Below the pieces are notes generated by a model. That model made no database searches and was not told where the DNA came from. It saw only the letters and a list, made by a program, of their open reading frames with translations. From Cyanophora paradoxa CCMP329 (Eukaryota > Plantae > Glaucophyta), in NCBI GenBank assembly GCA_004431415.1, contig QPMI01000489.1, forward strand, positions 55,710 through 119,709: a DNA stretch of 64,000 nt, written 5' to 3'. The translations under genes and the position numbers were made by a program. Every line of letters begins with the position of its first letter. Positions within the stretch are counted from its first letter, which is position 1. Shown here one piece after another: positions 24,662 through 35,833 of this stretch.

Positions 24662-27600
24662 TATTGGGCGGCACAGTTACACTTAATATGAGAGAGGAAA
24701 CAATTTTTGGTAATGTGAGCCACAGCATTATTAATTCGATCTACCGAAATATCTTCAAAGTCCATGGCATTGTAGCATCGCAGGCAATGCCCATACTGCT
24801 TCCCATATCGCTGCTTGATCCAATCCCATGTGATGTAATCATGCTCATCGAATTGTCTGTTTGCTGCTCGGTCCTGATCCTTGTAAGTCGAAATCTTCTC
24901 GTTATTCTCTCTTTTCCACACTTTCCAGTGAGCCATTTCGAAATTATCATGGTAAATAACAACATCATCCAGCCTTGTGGTTCGAGTGAGAGCAACATAT
25001 AGCCACTTCTTTGAAACAAATGGCGCCCCAGTTTCGAACACGACTACCCTGTTCCCTTTGCAGCGAATCGTATCACCTTGAACAACATGGCAGGTGTTTG
25101 CGTAAGCCAGGGCGAAATGTTTGACTGCATCCCTGCTGAGAACAATCTCATCCTTCTTGTTGGCAATGTCAGCAATAATGAAACTGTCCTTTGAGAGCTT
25201 GACAATCTTGTAGACAAATCCATTATGAACTATCTTCCCACCCTTTGCAATACGAGTCTTTGCAACAACTTTGATCCCGCCAGCATAAATGGAAACATTA
25301 TCCCCGTAGTTCATTTTGTGAAGGGCTAGGTTCACCTCTGCACCCTTGCGGTTTGTATACACAATGCCTTTATCTGTCTTTGCCAATTCGTCCACAACCT
25401 TGAACCCGTACTTTGCTAGGACCTCACTTACACTCAAACCTTTCTCGAATAAATCAATTCGAATTTGCTCAACCTTTCTGCGATCTTCCTCAGTCTCATG
25501 GCGCTTGTTCACTTGGAGTAACAATTCGTTGGGGAACAGGCGATGGAGGATATCAAGGTAATACTCATCTTGATCAACACTCATATCCTGAATGGGTGGG
25601 TTCTGATACGGGTCACCTGTGGCAATGTATACCTTATCTGGGAACTGCTCATTCATGATGTGGTCCAGGGCTGCCAGTTCTCCAATCTTAAACTGACAGA
25701 TCTCATCAATAACAATGCAATCAAATTCTACCAAACCAGATGCATTCCCTCCTACGATTTCATCCATGTTCGACTCATCGATTTTGAGATGAAGGGCATC
25801 ATAGATTGTCTTCACATTTTTCAATCCTTGCTCTTTCATTTCCTTCACTCGCTTGTTGGTCGGAACAATATAGAGGGGATTTTTGAAACGCTTCCCATAT
25901 TCAACTGTCATGTGAGTCTTTCCAACTCCTGGAACTGATCCGAGAAGAACCCATCGTTTTTGTGTAGCCAGCAAATCACAAATCGCGGTTGTGTCATACT
26001 CATCAACCACAGAGTGTTTGGTATAACTGTAGTTCTCGATTTTCACAAAGTCAGTCGCTCTCTCAAACTTTCCGTAACGAATTCGTTTTGCCTCGAGGTC
26101 TTTCTTCTCACCTGAAAACTTTTTAGAAAAATTGGGGCAGCATTTCACACTGAATTTTCCAATATTCTCAAAGGCATTGCGATCGAATGACACTGGGGCA
26201 ATGGGTTCATAAGCGATCCCATAAACACAATCGGTGTTCAAAGCGAGTGGTCGGATCTGCTGTTTAGCGAGTTCGACACACTTCTCATACATACACATCC
26301 TCATAATTGACAAGAGGGTAGTGTACAATGGCATGAAGCCATCAATGAGCTGCTTTTCTGCTACCTGATTGACATAGTAGATATGGGGTTCGGTCATCTC
26401 TTCCTCACACAGAACGAACTCTGTCTCCTCATAAGTGGCAAGAGTCTCACCAAAGAGGTAAATTTTAACCTCTCCTCCGTTCTGTTTTTGGAACTCGATT
26501 GCATCGTCTCTGTTGTGGAAAATGGTGGTTTTCACTCTGCTATTTCGTTGCTTTCCAGTTTGCCCAATCGCACTCACTAAGATCTGCTTCTTATCAACAG
26601 GATCGAGGTCGCTATCTAAGATTCGAGCAACTGTGTTGCCTGCAAGGTTGGGAATGAGTTTGTAAGGTCGCAGAACCGCTTTGATGGAGATGTCATCCTT
26701 GAAATCCTCGAAATGCTTTTTGAGAACCAAACCAGGAACGACATTGTACTTGGAATCAATGATCATCCTCTTGTATCTGTTGTAGGTGTTTGCTTCATAC
26801 TCCTTTCCGTTCTTGTCTTTGGCTTTGAAAAAGTATTTGTCGTCCAGTTTCACATAATAGAAGCTGTACTCCTCGATTTGCTCTGCAGCTGTGATTGTCA
26901 CACTCTTGAAGACATCGAACTTGCTGAGAACAGGAACGAATTTGATCATCAAGGCTACAATGTAAGGGTATGCTTTGCACATATCGAACTCGTAAATATC
27001 TGTGTTGTAGCGAATTTCATCAAAGGTTTCCTCATCCACATCAAAGAGACCACGAAGGGCAGTCTGCACTCCATTCTTGAATGCATTTATGGTTTGCTCA
27101 TTGTAAGTACTCTTGTTGGAAGTGTTGATTAGAGACCTATACATATCCAGATTTAGTTTCTCGAATTTATCTCTGTACTCAGCATTCTTGAAGCTAATCT
27201 CGAAAGCTGTTTCCACATCTGTATCGTTACCAGGTGGGGTCACGACAACATCCTTATCGTCAATAGTGAAACGAATATGGGTTGCCTTTCCGATTTGGGA
27301 GAACCCAGGTTGCACCTGATAATTATGCACCACAATGAACTCTCTGAGAAGTTCATCCAGTGAACCACCATAGCAGATTCGAATGCTCGATTGGTTCTTT
27401 GGATTGTCAGACCTGACAATTCTCAGAATGTCGTCTGGATTTGTGGCAAACTCCTTGAACCTTCTTTGCTTTATAATCTTGTAACGAGAACTGAGTGGAA
27501 CATTGGTATCTTTTGGCTTGGAGCCATTGAAGGACTGTGTGAGAGCCTTAATATTGTGATTTAACAAATACATGTGACCATTCTCAATCTTCACATATGC

Positions 27601-28749
27601 AACAGAAGGGGTCAAGTGTGTGTTTCTGGTCTTGGGCAGGAAAGTCAGTTCAGGGACAGGGGTCCTGTCGTCCTTTCCAATTGTAACCATGCCTAGGCGC
27701 AGTGGGTCAAGAACCTTCTCCGAAATGGACTTGAAAGAAATGCCCCAATCATCTCCTTCAACAGGGTCTCGCCCATTCACCATCTTAAAGAGTCCGTTAT
27801 AAGACCAATCGATGCGCTTGTATTTCCCTTTGGTCTTAGCCTTCTCAAATGCTCCTCCAAACCATTTGATGAGGACATCGAAAACACACTTCCCAACCTT
27901 GAATGAGTCTCCTTTCAAGAACATTTCCTTGAATGTGGTGGCTTGGGGGTTCCCTTCGTTTTTAATGAAATTCGAAATAATCATTGGAGCGTTTGTATTG
28001 TCTCTGAGGACTTGTTCATTTCTTGGGATGTATTCTTCATTATCTGTGGTGATGACTCTTTCGATTGTCATAATATCGGGGTAGGTATCTTGCTCGATTA
28101 GTTTTAGGTAGCGGAAATCTTGATTGGTCGAGTTAAACTCGATGACTGCTGCAATAAATTCAGCAATGACAGTTCCCTCTACACATGGGAACGTATTGAA
28201 GGTGGATTGAACCAGACCGAGAGCGTTCAGAAAAGCTGCCTTGGTACACTGGATACCAAAGGGGCGATTGTTCCGAAGCCTCTTCGATTCTATATAGGTC
28301 ACACCATTCTCAGTGACCCTGTTTGCATTTGCAGGGGTCTGTTCTCCCTCTTGCAACTCACGGAAGAGTCTCACATTCAGAGTGACCATGTTTCCAGGTG
28401 AGTTTTCAACAAACTCACGAAGGTTAGCCATCATCTGCTGGAAAGGAGTCAAGCGCTTCCGCTCCTTTGCTTCGGCTGCTTTCTTGTTCTGCTTCTCAAC
28501 ATTCTTAGCGGCTCTCTCAGCCCTCTTCTCCTTCTTCTCTTGCTTGCGATACAAACGAGGCTCTACGATACCTCTCAGTGTATCTCTGATATCAATCAAC
28601 TTTGGAATTCTAATTGCTTTGAAAGTAAATTCTCTCAAGAAATAGATATCCTGCTCTCGGGTCAATTTGTCTTCTACTTTTGCTTGCATGTAGTAACCAA
28701 GAATCTCATCCTGTAAATTCTTCGAAATTCGATTACTTGGTCGAGGCAT
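24661..28749 (-). CDS. Multidomain replication protein: divergent family-B polymerase + SF1 (RecD/Pif1-like) helicase + C-terminal His-Me/HNH-like finger
   Basis: Pol motifs YEFDMCKAYP, KQILVSAIGQTGK, LNTDCVY. Helicase motifs GSVPGVGKT, IVIDEICQ, TGDPYQNPPI, YANTCHVVQGDT, LYVALTRTT. C-terminus CLRC..SVDRINN..H..NC..CN. Confidence 0.85.
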   Translation of the reverse strand: MPRPSNRISKNLQDEILGYYMQAKVEDKLTREQDIYFLREFTFKAIRIPKLIDIRDTLRGIVEPRLYRKQEKKEKRAERAAKNVEKQNKKAAEAKERKRLTPFQQMMANLREFVENSPGNMVTLNVRLFRELQEGEQTPANANRVTENGVTYIESKRLRNNRPFGIQCTKAAFLNALGLVQSTFNTFPCVEGTVIAEFIAAVIEFNSTNQDFRYLKLIEQDTYPDIMTIERVITTDNEEYIPRNEQVLRDNTNAPMIISNFIKNEGNPQATTFKEMFLKGDSFKVGKCVFDVLIKWFGGAFEKAKTKGKYKRIDWSYNGLFKMVNGRDPVEGDDWGISFKSISEKVLDPLRLGMVTIGKDDRTPVPELTFLPKTRNTHLTPSVAYVKIENGHMYLLNHNIKALTQSFNGSKPKDTNVPLSSRYKIIKQRRFKEFATNPDDILRIVRSDNPKNQSSIRICYGGSLDELLREFIVVHNYQVQPGFSQIGKATHIRFTIDDKDVVVTPPGNDTDVETAFEISFKNAEYRDKFEKLNLDMYRSLINTSNKSTYNEQTINAFKNGVQTALRGLFDVDEETFDEIRYNTDIYEFDMCKAYPYIVALMIKFVPVLSKFDVFKSVTITAAEQIEEYSFYYVKLDDKYFFKAKDKNGKEYEANTYNRYKRMIIDSKYNVVPGLVLKKHFEDFKDDISIKAVLRPYKLIPNLAGNTVARILDSDLDPVDKKQILVSAIGQTGKQRNSRVKTTIFHNRDDAIEFQKQNGGEVKIYLFGETLATYEETEFVLCEEEMTEPHIYYVNQVAEKQLIDGFMPLYTTLLSIMRMCMYEKCVELAKQQIRPLALNTDCVYGIAYEPIAPVSFDRNAFENIGKFSVKCCPNFSKKFSGEKKDLEAKRIRYGKFERATDFVKIENYSYTKHSVVDEYDTTAICDLLATQKRWVLLGSVPGVGKTHMTVEYGKRFKNPLYIVPTNKRVKEMKEQGLKNVKTIYDALHLKIDESNMDEIVGGNASGLVEFDCIVIDEICQFKIGELAALDHIMNEQFPDKVYIATGDPYQNPPIQDMSVDQDEYYLDILHRLFPNELLLQVNKRHETEEDRRKVEQIRIDLFEKGLSVSEVLAKYGFKVVDELAKTDKGIVYTNRKGAEVNLALHKMNYGDNVSIYAGGIKVVAKTRIAKGGKIVHNGFVYKIVKLSKDSFIIADIANKKDEIVLSRDAVKHFALAYANTCHVVQGDTIRCKGNRVVVFETGAPFVSKKWLYVALTRTTRLDDVVIYHDNFEMAHWKVWKRENNEKISTYKDQDRAANRQFDEHDYITWDWIKQRYGKQYGHCLRCYNAMDFEDISVDRINNAVAHITKNCFLSHIKCNCAAQ

Positions 28750-28990
28750 TTCTTTGTTCACTCTATTAATATATACCTACAAAAGTTTTCTTTAAATACT
28801 TTTATACTCGCGTCAAATTTTACCGGCAAAACCAAAAGTCTCCAACAAAATATATTTAGTCGAGGGCATTCATAAAAATAACGAAGGGTTGGCTCGATCA
28901 GCGAACTCTAAAAATAACAGAATGATTTTATTTGTGGTTCCAGCGCGGTTCCCACGGGTTTCTCAGAGCAGATCGCGCTGAGAAAAACGA

Positions 28991-29248
28991 TTAACAGAGA
29001 TATTTCGATTTGCGACCACGGTTAGAATACGGGACACCATAGAGATACTTCACAAAGCAGACTGCATTGGAAGCATAGAGACGCTGGGAACTCTCAACGA
29101 TTCTCATGGCTCTGTAACACTCATCAGTATGGTATAAATCACGCATTTGCTTTGCGAATTTCGCATTATACTTTTTTAAATATTCCTGACCTTTTTCACT
29201 TTTACGATAACGATAAGTAGCACGCTTCTGAGCCTCACTGATTGGCAT
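28991..29248 (-). CDS. Small basic protein, possibly DNA-binding
   Basis: MPISEAQKRATYRYRKSEKG.. with the same upstream motif as the replication gene. Confidence 0.6.
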   Translation of the reverse strand: MPISEAQKRATYRYRKSEKGQEYLKKYNAKFAKQMRDLYHTDECYRAMRIVESSQRLYASNAVCFVKYLYGVPYSNRGRKSKYLC

Positions 29249-29597
29249 GTTGTCCTTTTCTACTCTCTTAATATATGTTAAGAAATCTTTAAGTAGTTTT
29301 TCTGTCTGTATATAGCGAATAAACTCCTGTCAAATTTTGGTCCCGATTGCAGAGCATCCAGTACGAAAGAAGATGCTGGAAAAATGATAAAGCCACCGAT
29401 ACCCAGAAGGTTCACTTGTCGGCTGCAAGTTTCTACCACTGAACCCGGTAGAACAGGTGATTAAAGTGATTTACCTATGGATATTTCACTTCGCTCTACA
29501 ACGCCTCCATAAAAATGAAGAAGTTTTGAGCCTACGGGATAGGATTGGTTACGTAGCGCTAACAATGTTTGAGAAATTATATTATTCAGATTGATCC

Positions 29598-30359
29598 TTA
29601 ACGGCGATAACCGGGTCTTATACCAAGCTTGGCGAATCCAGAGACCATAGGGGCAGCATTTGGAATCGAGTTGACTGGATCAGCCTGCGAAGTGGCAACC
29701 CGAAGGATCGATTTATTGAGGACCGGCAAATCCGTTTTGTTGGAGTCTTGGTAATCGATTGTCTTCGCAATCAATTCGGTTGGTGATTCTTTTACGACTT
29801 GAACAGGTTCGGGAATAACTTCATGGGTTACTTCTGGTTTCTTCTCAACCTTTTCCTTTGTGATTGGCTGTTCCTTGATCTTGTTTTCGTTTTTGGTCTC
29901 TGCTGCAATACCATCAACAAGACTCTTAGCATACTGATATGTTACAGATTTCAGTCCACCAGTGGTTGAACGAATAAAGTAGCGGTTGCGATGGTCTTTC
30001 TCGGAATAGGTTGAGTAGAGTCGCTCACCACCATCAAGCAGTTTCAGCAGTGTCGATGATGAGGCAACCTTGTCCTTTGTGGATGATTTGAACTGTCCTT
30101 TCTTGATTCCTCGTTTGGCTCCGGGCATGCGGTTCAGTGGGACTTGGTCAACAAGGGCATTATCATCATTACTGTTTTTCGTAGTGGCTTGGGTGAATTG
30201 GTTTCGTTCTTTATGGACTTCCTTTTCGAGGTCACCAGTTCCGTATGCAGCGAGTCCTTTCGATTTCTTATACCAGTTCCTTCCATTCTCACCATTGCCA
30301 ACATCCGCTTCAGCGGCTGGTTTGGCTAAGAAATTCTTGGGTTGAGTCTTGCGAGCCAT
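29598..30359 (-). CDS. Hypothetical Lys-rich protein (possible core protein)
   Basis: 253-aa intact ORF directly downstream of the penton gene; no family recognised. Confidence 0.6.
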   Translation of the reverse strand: MARKTQPKNFLAKPAAEADVGNGENGRNWYKKSKGLAAYGTGDLEKEVHKERNQFTQATTKNSNDDNALVDQVPLNRMPGAKRGIKKGQFKSSTKDKVASSSTLLKLLDGGERLYSTYSEKDHRNRYFIRSTTGGLKSVTYQYAKSLVDGIAAETKNENKIKEQPITKEKVEKKPEVTHEVIPEPVQVVKESPTELIAKTIDYQDSNKTDLPVLNKSILRVATSQADPVNSIPNAAPMVSGFAKLGIRPGYRR

Positions 30360-30395
30360 TTGTAATATTGAAACAAATTTATTCTACAGTATTTC

Positions 30396-31283
30396 CTATG
30401 ACCGTGAGAACGGCAGGTAGAGTCCCTCCAACTCTTTTATGACATTCTTCAATGCTTTTTTCGTCAGATCTTTATCATCTTCAGTAATCAGTTCAAGAGT
30501 CATCGACCAGTCGGTAGTAATGTCTGCTGTGGCTCCATTCCAGTAAGAAAGTCTCACATCTAGAGTCTCAACCTCAACCAAGCCATTCTGCTCGTGAACG
30601 ATCATGGAATTATTCGATGAATCATATTTTAATAGACTGCCAACCGTTTGGTCAATCTCAATTTTCGCGATAGCATTGTTATCTCGTTTGTTATTGCTCA
30701 CATATCTTCCTTTCAGTGGATCAACATGAAGAAGCAAATAGGAATTAAATAGTAGATCTAATGGCATTTCACTATCAATGTAGTGAGCATAAGTAAAGGC
30801 TCCAACTGTGACATTAGATGATAGAGGACTCGATTGGTACAGTGTGTTAGCATTTTCAAAACCACAGAAATTGGCTAAGAGTTGAGTGTTCATAGTGATT
30901 GAGAATGGAACCTCACACATGAACCTTAGAAGCAATGTTGTGGGATCATAGGTTACATAGAAATGGCGAGTGTAAGTTCCGCCACCCGCTTGATTATAGG
31001 GCTGGGATCCAATGCGAGCGATCAGATAATTCACCAGTGAATCCGGTGTATATGCACCTCGGAGGACTTCGTTGTTTCTATTCTTTGGGTTCCCAGCATT
31101 ATCGAGTGTTTGTGTGGTGAGGGTTCCTACTTCAGAGAGGTTGTAAAGATTGTGAAACATCTCAAAGTTCGTTACTCGACAGGCTCTGACCTTTTGGATC
31201 GCATAAGGGAGTCTGTATGTGAAATTAGTTGGGGTTCCATCCGATCGGTCCCTGGAATCAATATTGAGATAGTAACGCGTCAT
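30396..31283 (-). CDS. Minor capsid (penton) protein
   Basis: YLNIDSRDR..TNFTYRLP..V....V..FE..HNLYN N-terminus and AIAKI..LDVRLSYWNG..DWSMTLEL C-terminus, typical of single jelly-roll pentons. Confidence 0.82.
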   Translation of the reverse strand: MTRYYLNIDSRDRSDGTPTNFTYRLPYAIQKVRACRVTNFEMFHNLYNLSEVGTLTTQTLDNAGNPKNRNNEVLRGAYTPDSLVNYLIARIGSQPYNQAGGGTYTRHFYVTYDPTTLLLRFMCEVPFSITMNTQLLANFCGFENANTLYQSSPLSSNVTVGAFTYAHYIDSEMPLDLLFNSYLLLHVDPLKGRYVSNNKRDNNAIAKIEIDQTVGSLLKYDSSNNSMIVHEQNGLVEVETLDVRLSYWNGATADITTDWSMTLELITEDDKDLTKKALKNVIKELEGLYLPFSRS

Positions 31284-31335
31284 TCTGTTTAATAAAGCAT
31301 TTTAAAAATTTCTTTTGGTATTTTAAACATAAGAG

Positions 31336-32543
31336 ATGGCACTCACTGGAACTACCCTGAAGGAACTCCTCGTAACTCCCGGTTCCGATCAAATTTATCT
31401 TTCCCCTGGTCTCCAAATCGGAACCAACCCCAAATACAAACCATTCCTCGAGCAAGTTCGTCCCGGGGCAACACTTTTGGCTTCAAGAATACCGCTTACT
31501 TTGATCTACCTCGCAAGCAACTCCTTGCTGGTGTTTCGCTCTATTTCAAGATTGCCACTGGTGGTGGTGTAGCCTGCACCCTCCCCAATGGTGGTTCTTC
31601 TTTTATTAATGAGGTCCGTTTCGTTCATGGTGGTTTCAAGTATATTATCCCTGGTGATTGGATCACTGTAAACGCCCTGGTCGATAATGATCACGCTACC
31701 ATGAGCAGCATGTATGCTTCTCTCGGTTACTTCAAAGAGACAGATCGTGAAAGCACAGATGAAGCAATGGAATACATCGTTAGAATCCCCGCTGCTTTCT
31801 GGGAAGAAGCTTATTTCCCATTATGTACGCTAGCCGATATGCCAACAATCGAGGTTGATTTCCGTGATGCTGCGATTGTCCAAGTTCCGGCTGGTGGATC
31901 TGTAACCTTTGCGGATTGCTCTCTGATCTGCCAATTCGTAAACATTGCTTCGGCTGAGGCTGAGACACTCCTTAAAATGGCGAACGAACAAGGTGGCATT
32001 CGCATCCCGATCACAGAGGTCATTCACAAGAAGACCCGAGCGCTCAAAACCGCTGATGCTGGTGAATCTGTTGAGGTTACACTCGCTAATGTTTCTGGTC
32101 TGGTTCACTCGATTCTGATGACTGTTCGAGAGGTGAACAAACTTAACACCTACACTCACTCGGATTTCTGCGGTCATGAATCTGCTGTTAAGATTGATCA
32201 GTTCCAGATCTTCCACAACAATCGCTCCCTGGATATATCTAACAAACCCATTTCCGGTTTCCTCTCTGCTGTCAATCACATTCCTTCTCACTACAAGGGT
32301 GTTACTGTGGGCAATACCACGTACGGATTCGAGTCTGGAAATGTTTACGGAATTGTTCTTTCCAAGTCTGGAAAAGATTCGCTTCGGAACTCGGTTATGG
32401 GTTACCAGGATTTCTTCAACAGCAGCTCGAGTTACATGGATCTCACTGTTTCCGGATGCACTGATGCCGCTCCTGTTCAGGTTGATATCTATGCCCTCCG
32501 ACACAATGTTATGGTACTTAATGGCTACAACATCTCTACCTGA
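31336..32543 (+). CDS. Major capsid protein (double jelly-roll, inferred); one frameshift at ~31465 in a G-run
   Basis: Lies between penton and ATPase. Restoring one G gives a ~400-aa beta-rich ORF (FDLPRKQLL, FINEVRF, YIVRIP..FPL..IEVDF, DIYALRHNVM) homologous to the MCP at 42309-43757. Confidence 0.75.
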
Positions 32544-32640
32544 AAGTCTCGAACTTCTAAAGTTCTTTTCTTTTGTTAGTGTAGGAAGCGCAATTATTTG
32601 TAGGTGTGTACTTTATTTTGTTTTTTATCTTATTACTGTA

Positions 32641-33399
32641 ATGGATAACACAGTAAATCTTGATGATATTCCGGAGTTCGATCCGAGTAAGACGGTTCGA
32701 ATCCCGACAAGAATTTTGAATGTTGGTCGCTCCAATACAGGTAAGACAATGTTCACAAAATACTTACTTTACGAGCTTCGTGACAAGATCGATCAAATCG
32801 TTATATTTAGTTCAACAGCTTTTACTGGACAATTCAATGACATCACCCATCCCGATAACATCTATGAAGAGTGGGATGATAACATTGTTTTGAGATTGAT
32901 CAGTATGCAAAAGAAACGAATTGAGAATAACGAAAAGCGAAATAACCTAGTTATCATACTCGATGACATGATAGGTTCAAATTTGGATATGCATAATTCG
33001 GCTGTGTTATCTAAATTAGTAACGAGTGGAAGACATTATTCAATCTCGGTAATCTTTAATGTTCAGCGTTTGTGTTCTATTTCTACTACCATTCGTCGCA
33101 ATGTGGAGTTCGTTGTATTTTTCAATATTCTTGGGAACGAGAAAGAGTTCAATTGCGCCTTTGATGAGTACAATGGTGGTTTGGATAAGAAGACCTACAA
33201 GGAATTGCATAGACTATGGGGTTATAATTACCAAACTGTCATAGCTAGCCTGCAAGGTTATGATATCAAGACCTATACTGATAGAGCAGTACTCACTGAT
33301 GATGATATAAAGGGCTTTAAGAAGTTTGTGAAGAGAAAAGCAATTAAAAGGAGTCAGATGGCTCGGATTCAGCGAGAAATGACCACAATCAGTGTGTAA
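32641..33399 (+). CDS. A32-like (FtsK/HerA) genome-packaging ATPase
   Basis: Walker A VGRSNTGKT, Walker B IILDD, SGRHY, FNVQ, IRRN. Confidence 0.93.
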   Translation: MDNTVNLDDIPEFDPSKTVRIPTRILNVGRSNTGKTMFTKYLLYELRDKIDQIVIFSSTAFTGQFNDITHPDNIYEEWDDNIVLRLISMQKKRIENNEKRNNLVIILDDMIGSNLDMHNSAVLSKLVTSGRHYSISVIFNVQRLCSISTTIRRNVEFVVFFNILGNEKEFNCAFDEYNGGLDKKTYKELHRLWGYNYQTVIASLQGYDIKTYTDRAVLTDDDIKGFKKFVKRKAIKRSQMARIQREMTTISV

Positions 33400-33643
33400 A
33401 AGGACGATTTTTGAGAAATGTTGTATAATAAGGTAGCTTGAAATACTGTGGGGATTGCACAGTTGCGTAGAGCTTAAACAGCGCTTCAAACCGATATGCA
33501 GAACGTTGCGAGATCATAATCTGGTGATGAGATACAAGCGTTTGAAGATGCCGATAATCGATTTACCGAAACTTCGGTGAAACGTGAGCGAAACTTGAAC
33601 CGTGAGATCATATACCCTACTATGGTTTATTCCCCGGGTTTTC

Positions 33644-33890
33644 ATGGCGCATTTAATGGCGCATTTAATGGCGCATTTAATGGCGCATTTTATGGCGCAT
33701 TTTATGGCGCATTTTATGGCGCATTTGATGAAAAGTCCCTACTCTGTGGCATGAACCAATCAGAAGCCAGCAAATTTAAAATTAATATATGAGGTATTAT
33801 CTGAGATATAATCTGAGGTATTATCTGAGATATAATCTGAGGTATTATCTGAGGTATTATCTGAGGTATTATCTGAGATGTTATCTGTGA
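33644..33890. repeat. Two 12-bp tandem arrays (ATGGCGCATTTW x7; TGAGGTATTATC-like x8)
   Basis: Directly visible tandem repeats in the non-coding right arm of element A. Confidence 0.9.
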
Positions 33891-34330
33891 TATAAACCTG
33901 GGGAGAAGTTGAAGGGGGATACAACAAAACAAGTAGCACACCAATCAGATTGCGTCACACATATATACATATACATCATGACAATATACACATCGCCGTG
34001 ATCGTCATGATCTCCCGAATAAGCCGGTGTGTCATATATATCAGATACATATACATCATCATCATGACGTCATATATGAATATATATCACATATACACAA
34101 ATTGATATGTTATAGGTTTGACTATAAATCGATTTCCTATGATATATATGATATATATTACAGTGATATATTGACGTATATACGATTCAAAAACAATTAA
34201 AATTCTATTGTTTTTATTGTCGTTTCTATTGTTGTTTCTAGTGTAACAAATACAGTAAAAAATCGTTCAAAAAATACAGTAAAAATGAGAGGTTTTTCTT
34301 TCGAGGTTTTAACTAAACTTACTTAGTTAT

Positions 34331-34734
34331 TCATGGGAGACACGGCGGATAAAAAGGATATAACTTCGATTAAATATAATTAATCGAGATTATGATATAA
34401 CTTCGATAAATAAGATTTAAGATATAACTTCGATTAATTCGATTTTTGTTACTGAGGCTTACTGAGATTTAGTGAGATTTGGAATTGGGTTACTGTGAAT
34501 GGTTTGTTTTTCTTGGGAATTGTTTTGGAGACACGGCGCATAAAAAAGATATAACTTCGATAAGATATAATTAATCGAGATTATGATATAACTTCGATTA
34601 ATTCAATGTTTCTTACTGAGGCTTACTGAGATTTACTGATATTCAAGATTGGGTTACTGGGAATGGTTTGTTTTCTGATTTGTTTTTGATTTTTTCGCGG
34701 GTATTTTTTTGGAGACACGGCGCAGTGCTGAGCT
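34331..34734 (-). repeat. Right TIR of element A
   Basis: Inverted copy of 23194-23598. Confidence 0.93.
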
Positions 34735-35827
34735 CCATTGCCTTTGCGGGCGTCTCTGTGATGACCAATGCGCGGTGACGACCAGGGCGGCACTGGATCA
34801 TCAAATCGGATTCCACGTGATCCGGGCTGTCCGTGACACGCATTTTCCACGAGCAGGTCCGCCTGGAGTTGTAGAGCAGTCGAAGGCTCGCCCCCCTCTC
34901 TCGCGCAGACTCTGCTAGGTACGCAAGGTCAACAGGTCGCACGAATCCATCCATAGCCACAATGCGAGATGCTTGCATCACACCCCTCCAGAGACCCACG
35001 CAGCGCTCGTTGCGAGGGAGTGATCGCACGCCGAAGTCAAGGCCAACAGGCTCGAGAGTCCCACTCGAAGTCAGATGCTTCGTGAGCGACGAAATTTCAT
35101 CGAGGACCACCAAGATAGGTGTCCGGTCCTTCCAGTCCTCAAGCACTTTGTGCAGAGAATCCAACGTGATGATAACGCACCTGCACTTCGGATGGCGGTA
35201 ACCGTACTCGCCGTGTGACCCCTTCGAGTGTTTCGGTGGCTTCTGAATGTCCATGTACAACACGGCGTTGTCCGGCAGGTTCGCGGCGTCCAGACGTCGC
35301 TTCAAATCACGGCTAAAAGCTCTACGACAGGTTACGAGAATCACGTGCCAGTCGCTTTCTAGGGCCGGCCGCAGGTATGTGTCGATGAGCGCCTGCGTTT
35401 TCCCAGTGTTGAGACCCGAGCAGATGACATCCACTTGAGCGTGGGTCGGCTGGGCTGGCAGCTCGCCGAAAGTGGAAGTTAGAATGTCGCGAGTCAGGAA
35501 GCGCTCGTCCACGAGCTCGTAGCTCACAGAGGACGGAACCATGTCTGCGGACTCGAGTGCGAGCAGAAGCGTCGGTAGCGCAATGTCAAATGCCACGGGC
35601 TGGGTTGGGTCTGTTAAATACTGCCCGAAAGCGCGCGCAGCGGACGAGCTGCCCTCAGGCTCCACCTCGATCCCATACGCGCGTATAGTGATCCTAAACG
35701 CGAATGCTGTCCCTGGACTCGCAATTAGGGGGCAGTTAATGAGTATTAGTATGGAGCCATCGGGCCCGGGCTGGAGATCTTGCACTCGACGGTGGTCGTG
35801 CAAGTCGATGCTGATGCGCAGAGCCTG
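34735..35827 (-). pseudogene. Middle piece of the interrupted UL9-like SF2 helicase
   Basis: CSGLNTGKT (Walker A), VTCRRAF, ITLDSLHKV, VVLDEISS (Walker B), IVAMDG; bounded by the TSDs of elements A and B. Confidence 0.88.
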
Positions 35828-35833
35828 ACCAGC

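Larger units (their letters stand above)
23194..34734 (-). mobile_element. Element A: integrated Polinton-like/virophage-like virus, 11,541 bp
   Basis: Ends AGCTCAGCACTGCGCCGTGTCTCC...GGAGACACGGCGCAGTGCTGAGCT; TSD CCATT at 23189-23193 and 34735-34739; encodes integrase, PolB-helicase, penton, MCP and ATPase; AT-richer than its flanks. Confidence 0.95.
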
